This document shows, one piece after another, positions 10,119 to 21,391 of a stretch of 64,000 nt of DNA. The translations under genes and the position numbers were made by a program. The DNA comes from Tetramitus jugosus (Eukaryota > Protista > Heterolobosea): the NCBI GenBank assembly GCA_937625935.1, contig OW569392.1, positions 248,001 through 312,000 on the forward strand, written 5' to 3'. The notes beneath the pieces were generated by a model. That model did not search any database. It saw only the letters and a program-made list of their open reading frames with translations, and had not been told where the DNA came from. The first letter of the stretch is position 1; every line of letters begins with the position of its first letter.

Positions 10119-13100
10119 TTATTGGTGCAAGGGATGACTTACTTGGAAATTTGTTATCCATCGAGTACCGCTAACGGATGAGAGTTGAGTCCGGTTTGCG
10201 ATAAGCATGCAGTTGTGGTTTGGCGGTACGTATGCTTGTTGGAATTCGATTTGCTGCAATTGGTGGCAGTCTCCAACAACGAGGCATGTCAACGTGTTAG
10301 AGTTGATTTCGATGCGTTGAAGTCTGTTGCACTTTGCGAGTATGAGCTTTCCAACATTCATGGGAACGCTCAAGCACGGTGCGAGCTTGGCACCAATAAT
10401 TTCGATTTGACCCACTTGGAAACATGGTGAAGATGGAGCGGTCTGAAATGATGGAATAGAACTCTGGTGCGATACGGGAGCAAATGTTGATTGGAAGGGC
10501 AATCTCTCCATCATATTCTGAAATGGAGATGGGAAAGTTCCAATCCCTGGTAATTGCTGAGGTAGTTGTTGATATGGATGATGGAGTGGCATTGAGTCCA
10601 ATGGGTATGGCTGTGGTCGTTGACTTGGAAAAGGGAAGGTTGACACAACTGGTCGAACAACTTGCGCGAGATTGTTCACTTCCAGATTGATGCAGCCCTT
10701 GAATGACACAGATTGAATCATGTTGGATTCGATCACTGGGGCAACCAGGCCGAGACAGTCAATAAATTGCAATAGTCTTAAGCCTTGAATCGAGAACACG
10801 GGTCGGTGTAAGCTGTTACAGCCAATCACAGTGAGCATCTTAACATTGGGACACAGTGAGAGGAGATATTGGAATGCCGAATCGTTGAGAGAATGACACT
10901 GATTCAGAATGATTTCTGAAATTTGGAGACTAAAGGGCTTTGCGACACCAATGTGTTGGAGATTAACAGCACCAACAATGCTCAATTTGTTCAATCTCAA
11001 GCATGCCATGGAGATTACCAAATGAGTCATTTGAGAACAATTGTTGAGTTGCAAGTCAACAAGATGTGCAATGCTAATAAAAGGACAGCGAATCGAGGAG
11101 CAGTTGGTGACTTCGAGAGAATGAAGCTCTGGGCTACCAGCTTGTAGCACACTCAATGCCTCATCGCACAAACTGTGAGTATCCTTGAATGAAAGCTTGC
11201 GCAACATCGGGCATTGAAGCGCTGGCAACACTAGATTGGAGCACTCACAGAACTGCAACCCCTTCAACAGAGGTGCTGGAATCGATGGTTGCCTCAATCC
11301 ATGGCAATTAGCAATAATAAGTGCAGTTAGTTTTGGCCAACCACTGCACACTCGTTGCAAACTTTGATCACCCAGTGTTGGTGTGTTGCTAATGTGAAAC
11401 ATGTTCACTTCTGGGCATGATTCAACGAGATGGTCAGAAAATTGTGCATCAAAATTCATTCTTGGAGCACTCAAGGCAAGCTTTTGCAGTTTAGGGCATC
11501 TCAGGTTCAAAAACTCTAGCATCTTGAACTCACTCATATTGATGGCTGTCAGTTTGCTACACGAGACTGTAACATTTCTCAAATTGGTACATTTGGGCAA
11601 ACTGAGCACATCCAAGCTTGAACTGTTCAAAATGAGAGTATCCAGAATGGGAGGCTGTGCTTGAACCAGTGGGAAAAAGACACAATCCGTTAGACTGTCG
11701 CAGTCTAATGTGACTTTTTGAAGTTGCATACATGCATTCACTGAAAATGTTGTCATTTTTTCGCAATGAACACTCAATTCTTCCATATCATTGCACAAAA
11801 ACAGCTTTAGTTCCTTGAGCAATGGACTCACAATGTTCAATCGACCAATACCCGTGCAATCAAACAATTCTATTCTTTCAAGCGAGTTTGGCAATCGCTC
11901 TGTTTGCAAGAATTGATCAGGTTGGAAATTGTCCAATCGACTGCTGCTCAAAATAATTTCCGACAGTGCTGAATTGTGTTCTCTTTCGATCGAAGAGCAA
12001 TGAAAGCTCTGAACGGAATCAATGCGCAACTTTTTCAAGTTTGGACATTGAATAATGACTCCTGTGAGTGCTTCACAGTGACTCACAGACAACTCCAACA
12101 GAGATTGACTCTTGAAGGTTGGATTAATAATTCTTGTAGTCTCCTGAGCGCACGTAACGGTCAAGTGCTGAAGATTGGAACAGTGAGACACCATGTGTGT
12201 AATCGTGTCTCCGTTCATTGCCACTGCACCTCTAATGTGCAACTGCTTCAAGTGTTTTGCACTCTTTACAAACTGATAAACAGCATTTGCGTCATCGACT
12301 TGACTCCATTCGAGACCCACTGTCTCCAAATGAGAACAATGCTTACTCAACTCCAACAGTTGATTGGATGAGAAGTGAGCTCTATTACAATACAGTGCAC
12401 TCAAGTGCTTCAATTGATGACACTGAGAAGCGAGATGGACCAATGCCTCTGCACTAATCAACTCACAGTGATCAACATCAATGGACTCGAGTCGATGACA
12501 CCTGTTGGCCAAACTGAGAATTCCTTGATCTGTTATTTTTCGATGTGTTGATAAATGGACTCGAATCAAGTGATCACCCATCAGCATTGGCATCTGACTA
12601 ATGATCGCATCGGTCACACTGTGGTCCAGGGTTCGAATCATGGGGAATGAAACTTGTTCCAACCGAGGACACATTTGAATCAATTGATAAAACAGAGTGT
12701 GATCATAGGGTTGCATTTCACTCAAATAGAGTTGAGTAATAGGAACAACACTACTATGACTACCACAACCTGAAAGAAACAATGTACTCAGACATTGAAT
12801 CAACTGATCCAATTGAGAAATTTGATTGGAGAAATGAGAAACATGAAATTCTTTCCAGAGTAAATTGACTCGTGAAGCTCTTCTCCACATTTGATTCACT
12901 CGACCTAACCGAAGAATTTCCTTATCTGTAAAATGACTCATGACTAAGTAGAGAACTTGAATGGGTAGATAGGTTGTTGTAGCTCTAGTTGTTGTTGTTG
13001 ATTGTTGTTGATGAATGTGGTGATAATGATGAGTGTGATCCGAATGTTGTGATGATGGATCATATTGATATCGCGACCGTTTTATCAGTTGGTGATGATG

Positions 13101-13244
13101 ATTGGATAAATGTTGTTCGGTCGTGGTTGTTAGTGATAGTGACATGGATCGTTGTCTCTTTCTCTCATTGTTGTTGGATTCATGGATGTGATAGCTTTGA
13201 AAGCTCCCATTACTCGACGAATTGTTATTATTATTGTCGCTCAT
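10119..13244 (-). CDS. F-box/LRR protein (long Cys-containing LRR solenoid)
   Basis: F-box LPIQVLYLVMSHFTDKEILRLGRVNQMWRRAS..LW, then many LRRs of the CPxLxxLxL type. First ATG at 13244 (the track start is TTG). Confidence 0.88.
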   Translation of the reverse strand: MSDNNNNNSSSNGSFQSYHIHESNNNERKRQRSMSLSLTTTTEQHLSNHHHQLIKRSRYQYDPSSQHSDHTHHYHHIHQQQSTTTTRATTTYLPIQVLYLVMSHFTDKEILRLGRVNQMWRRASRVNLLWKEFHVSHFSNQISQLDQLIQCLSTLFLSGCGSHSSVVPITQLYLSEMQPYDHTLFYQLIQMCPRLEQVSFPMIRTLDHSVTDAIISQMPMLMGDHLIRVHLSTHRKITDQGILSLANRCHRLESIDVDHCELISAEALVHLASQCHQLKHLSALYCNRAHFSSNQLLELSKHCSHLETVGLEWSQVDDANAVYQFVKSAKHLKQLHIRGAVAMNGDTITHMVSHCSNLQHLTVTCAQETTRIINPTFKSQSLLELSVSHCEALTGVIIQCPNLKKLRIDSVQSFHCSSIEREHNSALSEIILSSSRLDNFQPDQFLQTERLPNSLERIELFDCTGIGRLNIVSPLLKELKLFLCNDMEELSVHCEKMTTFSVNACMQLQKVTLDCDSLTDCVFFPLVQAQPPILDTLILNSSSLDVLSLPKCTNLRNVTVSCSKLTAINMSEFKMLEFLNLRCPKLQKLALSAPRMNFDAQFSDHLVESCPEVNMFHISNTPTLGDQSLQRVCSGWPKLTALIIANCHGLRQPSIPAPLLKGLQFCECSNLVLPALQCPMLRKLSFKDTHSLCDEALSVLQAGSPELHSLEVTNCSSIRCPFISIAHLVDLQLNNCSQMTHLVISMACLRLNKLSIVGAVNLQHIGVAKPFSLQISEIILNQCHSLNDSAFQYLLSLCPNVKMLTVIGCNSLHRPVFSIQGLRLLQFIDCLGLVAPVIESNMIQSVSFKGCINLEVNNLAQVVRPVVSTFPFPSQRPQPYPLDSMPLHHPYQQLPQQLPGIGTFPSPFQNMMERLPFQSTFAPVSHQSSIPSFQTAPSSPCFQVGQIEIIGAKLAPCLSVPMNVGKLILAKCNRLQRIEINSNTLTCLVVGDCHQLQQIEFQQAYVPPNHNCMLIANRTQLSSVSGTRWITNFQVSHPLHQ

Positions 13245-13785
13245 GTTGTTCAGATACTGTATTGGAGGATGTTTTTTTTGTGTTGTTGAAATGTTGTTTG
13301 TTGGAAAGAGAGAGCGAAGAGATTGGATACTGGTTGTGGTGGAAGTTGGTTGTTTCTCTTGTTTTTCGTCTCGCAATAGGTAAACTTTTTTTTTGGACGT
13401 CTTTCCAAAAGTCCTTGCTCGTTCTCTTTGTCAAATGGAAGTATGGATTTTGGAAACCAAAAACGGAGTGCTTCAGGTAGGAGAATCTACTTGGAAGTGT
13501 CTCGGACGAATACATGTCCGCGGAGGTTGGAAATTCGCAACGCTCATCGTCATTGAGACTTCCTTCGCAACCGGAGTTATGACCTCTTCGAACTATGCAA
13601 CACTTGAATGTGAGCTCCACTTCAACGGTTGGATTTGGATTGGTGATTGTTGTTACCACGGGAACTGTTTCGCGCCCAAATCTCTCATTGACATTATTCG
13701 AATGTCTCCAATCAAAAACAAAACAGCTTAGCTTCCAAAGAACTCTCATGCTGTTTTTACGACTGTTGAACAAAAATCATCAAAC

Positions 13786-14802
13786 ATGAATTTGGATTCG
13801 ATAACTACCAGCAAGTCCATGGACATGCTGCACGTGTCCGACTCTGTTCTATTTGATGACTTGAGAATCAATGATAACGACGATGATGACGATCAACAAC
13901 ATTTGCCATCCATCTACAATGACGATCATCAACATTATCATCATCATCAAGATGAAGATCATAAAAATGACTCTCATCAACATCTCTTCCAAGGACATCA
14001 ACACTCTCACCACCATAACACCAACAAAAATCATCATCACAAAAAAAAGCATCATTCTCATCATTCTTATCATCATAACGATGACAATGATGAATTTGTG
14101 GATGAGATGAAAATGGGTCACAAACCAATGATGCAATCCTCCATGGTCATGACATCAGAAAATCTTCAACTCACACTGCACAAGCTTCACTTGCTATTTG
14201 GACAGTCTCAGCGCAGAATAACCATTTTTTCTGTTCTCTATCTCATTTTGTTGTGTCTCACTGTGAATGTCATTGTCATATCGGAGAATGTGTTTTTTGT
14301 GAAACGTGTTGTTTTGGATGCCAATAGTTACTTGGTGGATGAAGTGACTGGTTTACCGAATCGACTCTTACTCTATTCGTACAATGCTCTCTTGTTGGTT
14401 TCACTGGGTGTTGCATCGGTGAGTGGAATTTTGACTGGTGGTTTAACAGTGCACAAGAATCATCATCGATTGGAAACTACGGTGCGATTGAATGTGATTG
14501 TGAGTCGTGTGTTTGCTGCCAGTGTACTCAGTTTCATGATTTTGATTAGTGGTGAGTTGATCATGTATGGTGCGTTGGCTGGGAGACGCATGTGGGATCA
14601 TTATGGAATACCGTTTGTCATCATGGGTTTAATTGAGTTGTGCATGGTGATTCTTGTTGTTTCCTGTGTAGTGTGCTTGTGGAGGCATTGGAGAGTGGCA
14701 TCCACAATGAAAAAGTATGCATCGTTGCGAGTGGCGTGTCAACAGGAAGCAATCGAGGAGGAGAGATGTCGTCAGTTGCGTCAATTGCACGGATTGGAGT
14801 AA
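13786..14802 (+). CDS. His/Asp-rich N-terminus plus four-TM membrane protein of unknown function
   Basis: 338-aa ORF with an ATG in an A-rich context; poly-His stretches followed by four hydrophobic segments. Confidence 0.75.
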   Translation: MNLDSITTSKSMDMLHVSDSVLFDDLRINDNDDDDDQQHLPSIYNDDHQHYHHHQDEDHKNDSHQHLFQGHQHSHHHNTNKNHHHKKKHHSHHSYHHNDDNDEFVDEMKMGHKPMMQSSMVMTSENLQLTLHKLHLLFGQSQRRITIFSVLYLILLCLTVNVIVISENVFFVKRVVLDANSYLVDEVTGLPNRLLLYSYNALLLVSLGVASVSGILTGGLTVHKNHHRLETTVRLNVIVSRVFAASVLSFMILISGELIMYGALAGRRMWDHYGIPFVIMGLIELCMVILVVSCVVCLWRHWRVASTMKKYASLRVACQQEAIEEERCRQLRQLHGLE

Positions 14803-14896
14803 CTTGTGGAACAGAAGGGTGGTGGTGGTTGATTTCCCCTTTTATTGGTTTCATCTCTTTATGATGTGAGTATCACACATTCAACAATTTTTTCTT

Positions 14897-15289
14897 TTAG
14901 AAAGACACTGTGAGCTGTTCAGTCTTGGTGACTCCGGATTCTGGGCCATCGGCAACAGGAACAATGATCTTGTAGTTCTTGCTAGAACATAGATCACCCG
15001 AACAAACGTATAAACTGATCTCAATCGTTATCTTTTGAGCGGATGAAGTGTCCAATGTTTTGAAATCGATTTGAATTTTCTTGTTTGTTTTCAATTCGTC
15101 GTTGCTACTTGTTTGAGATAGCTGAATTGCACTTGGATCACTGAGTGTCACCTTGAAGGAGGAAGGAGCATCAGCATTCAAATGAGCATCACCACTGAAT
15201 GCAAGATCAATGATCAGAGTGTTCGTTGAATCCTTTTCTACTTGGAACTTTGTTTTGGTTTTGTGCTTGTTTGGTGCAGAACCCCACAT
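14897..15289 (-). CDS. Small beta-sandwich protein resembling the NHLRC2/SOQ1 C-terminal (DsbD-N-like) domain
   Basis: HLNADAPSSF...ISLYVCSGDLCSSK resembles, from recall, the NHLRC2 C-terminal domain pattern (KLTEG..S.W...LYYC...C). Confidence 0.55.
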   Translation of the reverse strand: MWGSAPNKHKTKTKFQVEKDSTNTLIIDLAFSGDAHLNADAPSSFKVTLSDPSAIQLSQTSSNDELKTNKKIQIDFKTLDTSSAQKITIEISLYVCSGDLCSSKNYKIIVPVADGPESGVTKTEQLTVSF

Positions 15290-15362
15290 CGCAATTTACT
15301 TTTGACTCTCGATTTGTTTTTGTTGTTTGAACCAGGCGTGAAATTAAGATTTGAACTTTGAA

Positions 15363-17684
15363 TTAGGCAATAGGTCCGCGGTCATCCATGATGACTGAAA
15401 CTTGAATAGAGGAAAGTAGTTGATGTTTGAGGTCGTTGCTGTTCTTCGTCGTGTATAGATCTTGAACAGCCCAGGGCGTCAAAGTATGATCATCTTTCTT
15501 CGTTCTTGACACCTTGAAGATTGCTGGAATGCTAGTCACATTGTAAGCATCTCGTATCAAGCCTGGTATGTCATTCTTGTCAACATTCATGTACATGAAT
15601 AACAAATGATCCAAGTACTTTGTCTGTTGTATCAATTGATTCATGATAATGTTTGTTTTGTGACAGAAGACACATCCAGCTTCAGCATACAAATACACGA
15701 ACACATCTGTAATCGAGGGGTCAATCTGGTTGTCTTCAATTAATTGAGTAAATTGGACATTTGAAACGTGTACGTGGTTCAATGTCGCAGATTTCGTTAA
15801 CGTAGTAATCTCTTCGGTTCTCAAGACTCTGTGAGATGTGACTTGATTGTTAGATGTGGGATTGCTTGATGACGCATTAAGGTAGTGCTCCAAAAATTGT
15901 TTCATCACTTGCTTCATATTCTGTCGTTGATCAGATGATAGTTCATTATAGAAGTTCTGCATACAAACTTGCTGATTATTCTTGCATGTGTACCGTTCTT
16001 GATCGCTTGCTTTTAGAACAACAATTTGTGGTAGCACAGCATTCCCATATGTCCAATCTTCAAGTGTCGTCCGCCTAACAAATTCTTGATACTTGTCTCC
16101 GTCCATATACACAAAATTGATCCACTTTTCTTTGCTTAGTGGTACATTATACTCTCGACCTAACCTTCGATATTGTTGCAATAACATGGAGTTTAGTTCT
16201 TGATCTAGTGTTTCATTCAAGAACAGAATCATATTCGGTTGTTCTAAGGCTGACGAAACTTGCATGTTGAAATTGTAAGAAGAAGCATGAACTATTGATG
16301 GCTCAAACTTGTTCAGCCAATCCAAATAAAAGTCATTGCTCACTTCGTGATCACTTTTGCTAACGTGATCATTGGGCTTATCGTAGAATACTTCACACTT
16401 TCCGTTGGAAGTACTGAAAATGATTCCAAATGATACTAAAGAATCATTATTCTTTGTTACGATAAGTTCCCGTAGCTGTAATTTACAATTTTCGTCAAAT
16501 ACCTTTCCACCATCATTAAACAGTGATTCAAGGTGAGAACTCTGCCAATCACTAGCTTCCATGAAAAACGATTCAGTAGAGTCGATTTGCACAATCTGTT
16601 TCCAAATTGATTCAATCGCAGACCTGGAAGAATGCATTAGGTGAACATAATCGCTTGTGATCATATCACTCTGACTCCGTAGACACGACCAGAAGTCGCA
16701 ATTATCCCACGCATTAGAAAATCTCTGTTTTAGATCATTCAAACCACTCTTCGGATCGAGCAAGATATGACTTAATAACATCGTAGATTGTTCAATAAAC
16801 TTTTGTAAATGACTCGTTTTCCACATTCCATCATACTCAAACACATCAATCGAAATTGTTGATCTTAAGAGTTCTTCTATTTGCTCTCTATTGTTCGTAA
16901 TTTCATCCTCTGTCCGTTCGTCATTTTCTCGTTCATTCGAATTCTCTTCTTTTCTCTCATCCTTTTCGCTATTGTCAGTAGCAGGTCGATTCGCATCGAT
17001 ATCATCATCCTCGACAACACCATCAGCTTCACTCACAATATTGCTCTCGATAGTCGATAAAAGTGAGTTATAATCCGAAAATTGTCTTCTTTTGTTCACA
17101 AACAAAACAAATGGACTTGTTTCGATATTAAAGCTTCTCTGTAACCATTGTAGTGATGACACTGATGCATTTTCATCCTTTTGGGCACCCTGTTTTTGTT
17201 GTTTCTTCTTCTGATTAAGCTCAATTCGCTTCTTGTAAAAACATGTTGTCGTCGTTGAAGATGCTGTCTTGTGAGTGTGAGCGTGCTGCAGCTTTTTCAG
17301 GTCTGTCATCATACCAAGCACATGATCAGCAATCGTATCCCATGGATGATAGAACATGATCAACAATGAAACACAATTTTCAACAACTACTTGCATATTG
17401 CCTTCTTCTTCATCAACCAATGCAGCAGTATCATTCTTCTTCTTCTTCTCGGTAGGAATAGAGGAATTTTTAAATTTTTCGTATTCGTCTTGTTGTAACT
17501 CTGGTATCATCGTTGCTGCATGCATTGTACTAGCAGTGTCATACAGAGGAGATTTTCTTCTTTTTGAGTGGTCATGTGGATCCACAGCAGCCACTGCAAC
17601 AACGACAAGAACAATGATCAAGCATGATAGGAGCAGCAGTCGTGATAAATGTGTGGAACTCTTGGTCCACACTGATGATCTCAT
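15363..17684 (-). CDS. Secretory-pathway multi-thioredoxin-fold (PDI-like) protein
   Basis: Signal peptide after ATG 17684 (MRSSVW...LLLLSCLIIVLVVVAVAA). Degenerate first Trx domain (IMFYHPWDTIA). C-terminal Trx domain YAEAGCVFCHK...MNVDKNDIP...VTSIPAI. Confidence 0.75.
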   Translation of the reverse strand: MRSSVWTKSSTHLSRLLLLSCLIIVLVVVAVAAVDPHDHSKRRKSPLYDTASTMHAATMIPELQQDEYEKFKNSSIPTEKKKKNDTAALVDEEEGNMQVVVENCVSLLIMFYHPWDTIADHVLGMMTDLKKLQHAHTHKTASSTTTTCFYKKRIELNQKKKQQKQGAQKDENASVSSLQWLQRSFNIETSPFVLFVNKRRQFSDYNSLLSTIESNIVSEADGVVEDDDIDANRPATDNSEKDERKEENSNERENDERTEDEITNNREQIEELLRSTISIDVFEYDGMWKTSHLQKFIEQSTMLLSHILLDPKSGLNDLKQRFSNAWDNCDFWSCLRSQSDMITSDYVHLMHSSRSAIESIWKQIVQIDSTESFFMEASDWQSSHLESLFNDGGKVFDENCKLQLRELIVTKNNDSLVSFGIIFSTSNGKCEVFYDKPNDHVSKSDHEVSNDFYLDWLNKFEPSIVHASSYNFNMQVSSALEQPNMILFLNETLDQELNSMLLQQYRRLGREYNVPLSKEKWINFVYMDGDKYQEFVRRTTLEDWTYGNAVLPQIVVLKASDQERYTCKNNQQVCMQNFYNELSSDQRQNMKQVMKQFLEHYLNASSSNPTSNNQVTSHRVLRTEEITTLTKSATLNHVHVSNVQFTQLIEDNQIDPSITDVFVYLYAEAGCVFCHKTNIIMNQLIQQTKYLDHLLFMYMNVDKNDIPGLIRDAYNVTSIPAIFKVSRTKKDDHTLTPWAVQDLYTTKNSNDLKHQLLSSIQVSVIMDDRGPIA

Positions 17685-17806
17685 TGTTGTTATTGTCGTT
17701 TGGAGCAAGTTCTGATTGCTGTGATGTTGTTTCGTTTTTTGCAAGTTTATTATTGTTTGGGTTTGCATGTGCAAGTTGGTTGTGTTGAGCTTTTCTCCTA
17801 CTTCTT

Positions 17807-19246
17807 TTAGTGGGAGAACTCGCCCACAAGCACAGGTAGGTGATCCTTGGAGTGTGAGTGCTCTTGCCACGTCGTTCTCTCAATGACACTATAATACACT
17901 TGAACAGAGAAATGGCGGGAGAATTTGGTGTGTTTCTTGTCTCTGTGTGGTCCTTCAATTTCACTCTTGGTCAACCGAATGTGTCGTTGAATACCATGGT
18001 TACTATTGTTTCTGTTACTGTTGTCACCATCTTCACTGTTCAATTCTGTTTCGGTGCTATCATTGCACTGATTCATGTGAAGGAAATTGGTGTTGAGCCA
18101 GAGATAGGCTGCTGTTTTCATTGAAGGTTTCAAGAGAGCCATTTTTACATCACCTGACACGATCAACTCCTCTTGATTCATCATATCAATAACGAACGAA
18201 CTGTTTTCATTTACATCATTTGTTGTTGCTACATGATGATCATCAGATCGAGTTCTTTGAATGAACTCATCTGACAGATCAAATGAAACAGCTTGTTCAA
18301 TCACTGGATACGTTCCCAGATTGTCCACAGCACACTTGTACTGCTCCACAATCAATTGAGAAATTGCATTTTCATTCTCATTGACTCCTTGTTCTTCTTG
18401 TGCCTCAAGTTGACGACTTTCTTCTTTACTCGTAGTGGTATCGATACTCTTGCAACCTTCAATCACAATTCGTTCCAATCGAATCACTTGAGTCTTCTCT
18501 GGAAATGCACACTTTTCCTTCAAACAATACTGTAAATAGCTCAGATATCGATGTTGACTGGGCAACGTGACACCTTTGCCATCCATGGTTCTCATTCCAC
18601 CGAATGCACGAGCAGATTCACTTGCAGAGTCACACGTGCCATTCCACAACAGAAAAGCAGAGATCATGAACCCAGTTCTTCCCTTACCTGCTTTACAATT
18701 CACAGCAACCACATGTTCATCGTTTTGTGAGAGCCATTGATGAACAGATTGACAAAAGGGAAGAATTTGCTCAAACAGGGGTGGGTGATGGTCAGAGAAG
18801 CGAAAGCTTGCGTTGACAACATTGTTGGATTGCCAGTTCGAAGGGACCAAATCATGATAGGATTGTTCGACGCAAAGATTGTATAGTCGAAAGCTCAAAT
18901 TCATGTTTTTGTTGGAAGAGGGGTGTTGGTGTTGAAGGTGCTGATGCGGAGGATGATGGTGGTAGGAACTGAAAAAATCAATAATGGAGGGGAGTGTATT
19001 CCTGTAGTGACGTTCGTAATCCGTGCTTGGATACCCAAATGCAATAATCCGCTTTGTAATGTATGTCAGATCCAAATCGAACTTTCCATCTTGGAAACGG
19101 CGTTTTTGTGCGCTGACCAAGCGCCGTAGATGAATGGACTCATGCTCGGAGATGGTGTCTGTTAGAATTTTGTGTTGAGTTTCTGGGTCGTTTTTGATGC
19201 ACTTTGGAAAATAGGGTCGCTTGTGCTTGTGATGATTGTTTGTCAT
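17807..19246 (-). CDS. PTEN: PTEN-like phosphoinositide phosphatase with C2 domain
   Basis: RRLVSAQKRRFQDGKFDLDLTYITKRIIAFGYP, YRN, YNLC, FSDHHPP, NCKAGKGRTG, GVTLPSQHRY, then C2-domain WLNTNF. Probable ATG at 19246. Confidence 0.92.
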   Translation of the reverse strand: MTNNHHKHKRPYFPKCIKNDPETQHKILTDTISEHESIHLRRLVSAQKRRFQDGKFDLDLTYITKRIIAFGYPSTDYERHYRNTLPSIIDFFSSYHHHPPHQHLQHQHPSSNKNMNLSFRLYNLCVEQSYHDLVPSNWQSNNVVNASFRFSDHHPPLFEQILPFCQSVHQWLSQNDEHVVAVNCKAGKGRTGFMISAFLLWNGTCDSASESARAFGGMRTMDGKGVTLPSQHRYLSYLQYCLKEKCAFPEKTQVIRLERIVIEGCKSIDTTTSKEESRQLEAQEEQGVNENENAISQLIVEQYKCAVDNLGTYPVIEQAVSFDLSDEFIQRTRSDDHHVATTNDVNENSSFVIDMMNQEELIVSGDVKMALLKPSMKTAAYLWLNTNFLHMNQCNDSTETELNSEDGDNSNRNNSNHGIQRHIRLTKSEIEGPHRDKKHTKFSRHFSVQVYYSVIERTTWQEHSHSKDHLPVLVGEFSH

Positions 19247-19790
19247 GATGGTGATTCGCGCTTTTTTTGTTGTTGGCAGCAAACAAGAAAGAAGTCGTTT
19301 GGCGGAGTTTGTGGGCAGAAAGTTCTTTGCCCCACAAGACGAGAACGTTAGATGAGTGATAAGGAGGTGTGTTTTGACTGAGTCATTTCGTGTATTCATC
19401 TTCTTCACGCCAGACTTGCATTCTCACATGAACCTTGTGATAGTCATTGATGGTCAGAAAACCAGCGTTGATTGCCTTATGTATAAGAACGATCCAACAC
19501 CTTTTTTTGGTAAAGTTCTCTGGTCAACTCGATATCGATAACTTCCTATTCTTTGAATTGGAACTTTCTTTTCGTTGTATTTTTACAAAAATTTTTTGTA
19601 TGGGATCATTGAATGACCTCTTAATTTGTGCTAAGAATGTCTCTCACATTTTTTTGACCAGAGATAGAAGATCCATGAATTGACCCATCGATAATACATT
19701 TGAACAGTACCATCAGGATTGCAGAAACCAAAAACAATCACATAACAACAGAGAATTGTACAGGTCCAATTCAGAATTCAGAACAAAAAA

Positions 19791-21255
19791 ATGTCATCAT
19801 CAACTCATGACAATTACATTGTTTCTTACTACAATTCTCACAGTGAGGAATATCTCGTGAATCATAGTAGTTTGACAAGCTCTGGTAAGGACGCCAGTGG
19901 ATCTGGTGGAAACATTTTGTATTCTTTTTTGAAGGTTTGTAATTTATGAGAAGGAGTTGTTTTGTACTTTAACAAGTTTACTGACGCTTGACCATATTTT
20001 TGATTGATGTGTACAGCAATTGAGACCAGGAATGGATTTGGTGTCTCTCAGTTGTCCTTCATTTGTTCTCTCTCCGTTTAGTTATCTGGAGGCAAGAACA
20101 GATTATATCGCGCCATTACCATGCCTATTGAACATTAATCATGAACCTGATCCTGTCAATCGATTCCTCAGAGTATGTCAATGGGTCATCAGTTCACTCA
20201 CGTTTATTCCATCGTATGGTGTAGCAGGTGTGAAGCCATACAATCCAATTCTTGGTGAACGATACAGTTGTATCTATACTTTTGACAGTAACGCACGCGG
20301 TGGTGGCAGTGGAGATCGAAACAAGTACACTGATAGTACTTATGCTTATGCAGAACAAGTTTCTCATCATCCACCAATCTCTTCTCAGTACATGTGCAAT
20401 GATGAGCATCAATTTGTTTATACAAGTACAAGCCAATTTCAAGTCAAGTTTAGAGGAACATTCGTGGAGACTCAAATCATTCCTGAAGGTCCATACGGTG
20501 TTCCTACACTCGAGCTCACTGGGATTGGAGAGAAATATGTCATTACGTATCCCAATATTGTTGTCACTGGTTTATACTGGGGAACGACTCAAGTATCTCA
20601 CGATGGAAAATGTAGCATTGTTTGCGATCGAACCGGGATGGAGCTCAGATTAAATTGTTCATCCAAGAAACATGCTGTCGAGGGAGAGATTTTAAGCTCT
20701 GGTAAAAAGTTGTTTACTGTGAGTGGAGGATTGGACGGCACAATCGAGTTTAAGGACTGTTCAACGAAGAAAACTGGTGTGTTGGTTGACTCTAAAAATA
20801 TTGAGTTTCCGAAGAAACTTGTGAGACCATTGTCTCAGCAGGACGAGATGGAGAGTAGGAAGGTTTGGGATCGTGTAACACAAGCCATTGTTCGTCAAGA
20901 CTTTGAAGCTGCATCGAGAGAGAAGAATTCGTTGGAAGAGGAGCAGAGGTTGAAGAGATCCAAGATGGATGTAAGTAAGTATGAGCCAGCCTGGTGGTCC
21001 AAACAACTGATTCAACAAGATGCGAATACAATGGTGCCAAATTATGTTTTCAAGGGACAAAGGGTTGTGAATGAACAGAATGTCGGACAAGAGTACCACT
21101 GTGTTCAGAAGAAGGATTCTTTCACCAATTATGTGCGAAAACATAGTTTTGAACTCGTGAGAAACAATCAGGCTGAGGAGCAACAACAAGGTCATCATGT
21201 GACTCACGGTTTCACTCAACCATTGCTCCACAACCACTCTGTTCATCAAAAATAA
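19791..21255 (+). CDS. Short oxysterol-binding-protein-related lipid transfer protein; exons 19791-19934 and 20017-21255
   Basis: OSBP fingerprint EQVSHHPP, KPYNPILGE, ESRKVW. Intron 19935-20016 (GTTTGT...TACTGAC...ACAG) gives SFLKQLRPGMDL. Confidence 0.9.
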
Positions 21256-21391
21256 ATATCACTCACTTTTACCCTGTTCAATCAATGAAGCGCACTTGTC
21301 TCTCATCTTACTTTCACTATGTTGTATTTTGGAAAGTGGAGAAAAACATTTCACCGACTTCCAATCAGAAAAAAACAAAAAACAAAGAGTG

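Noticed and set aside
13231-13773. 180-aa minus-strand ORF
   Set aside because: No recognisable motif; it spans the divergent promoter and the F-box gene leader, so it is likely spurious.
15290-15362. Stop read-through joining the PDI-like gene to the 130-aa gene
   Set aside because: The 73-nt gap puts them in different frames, and the downstream gene has its own A-rich leader.
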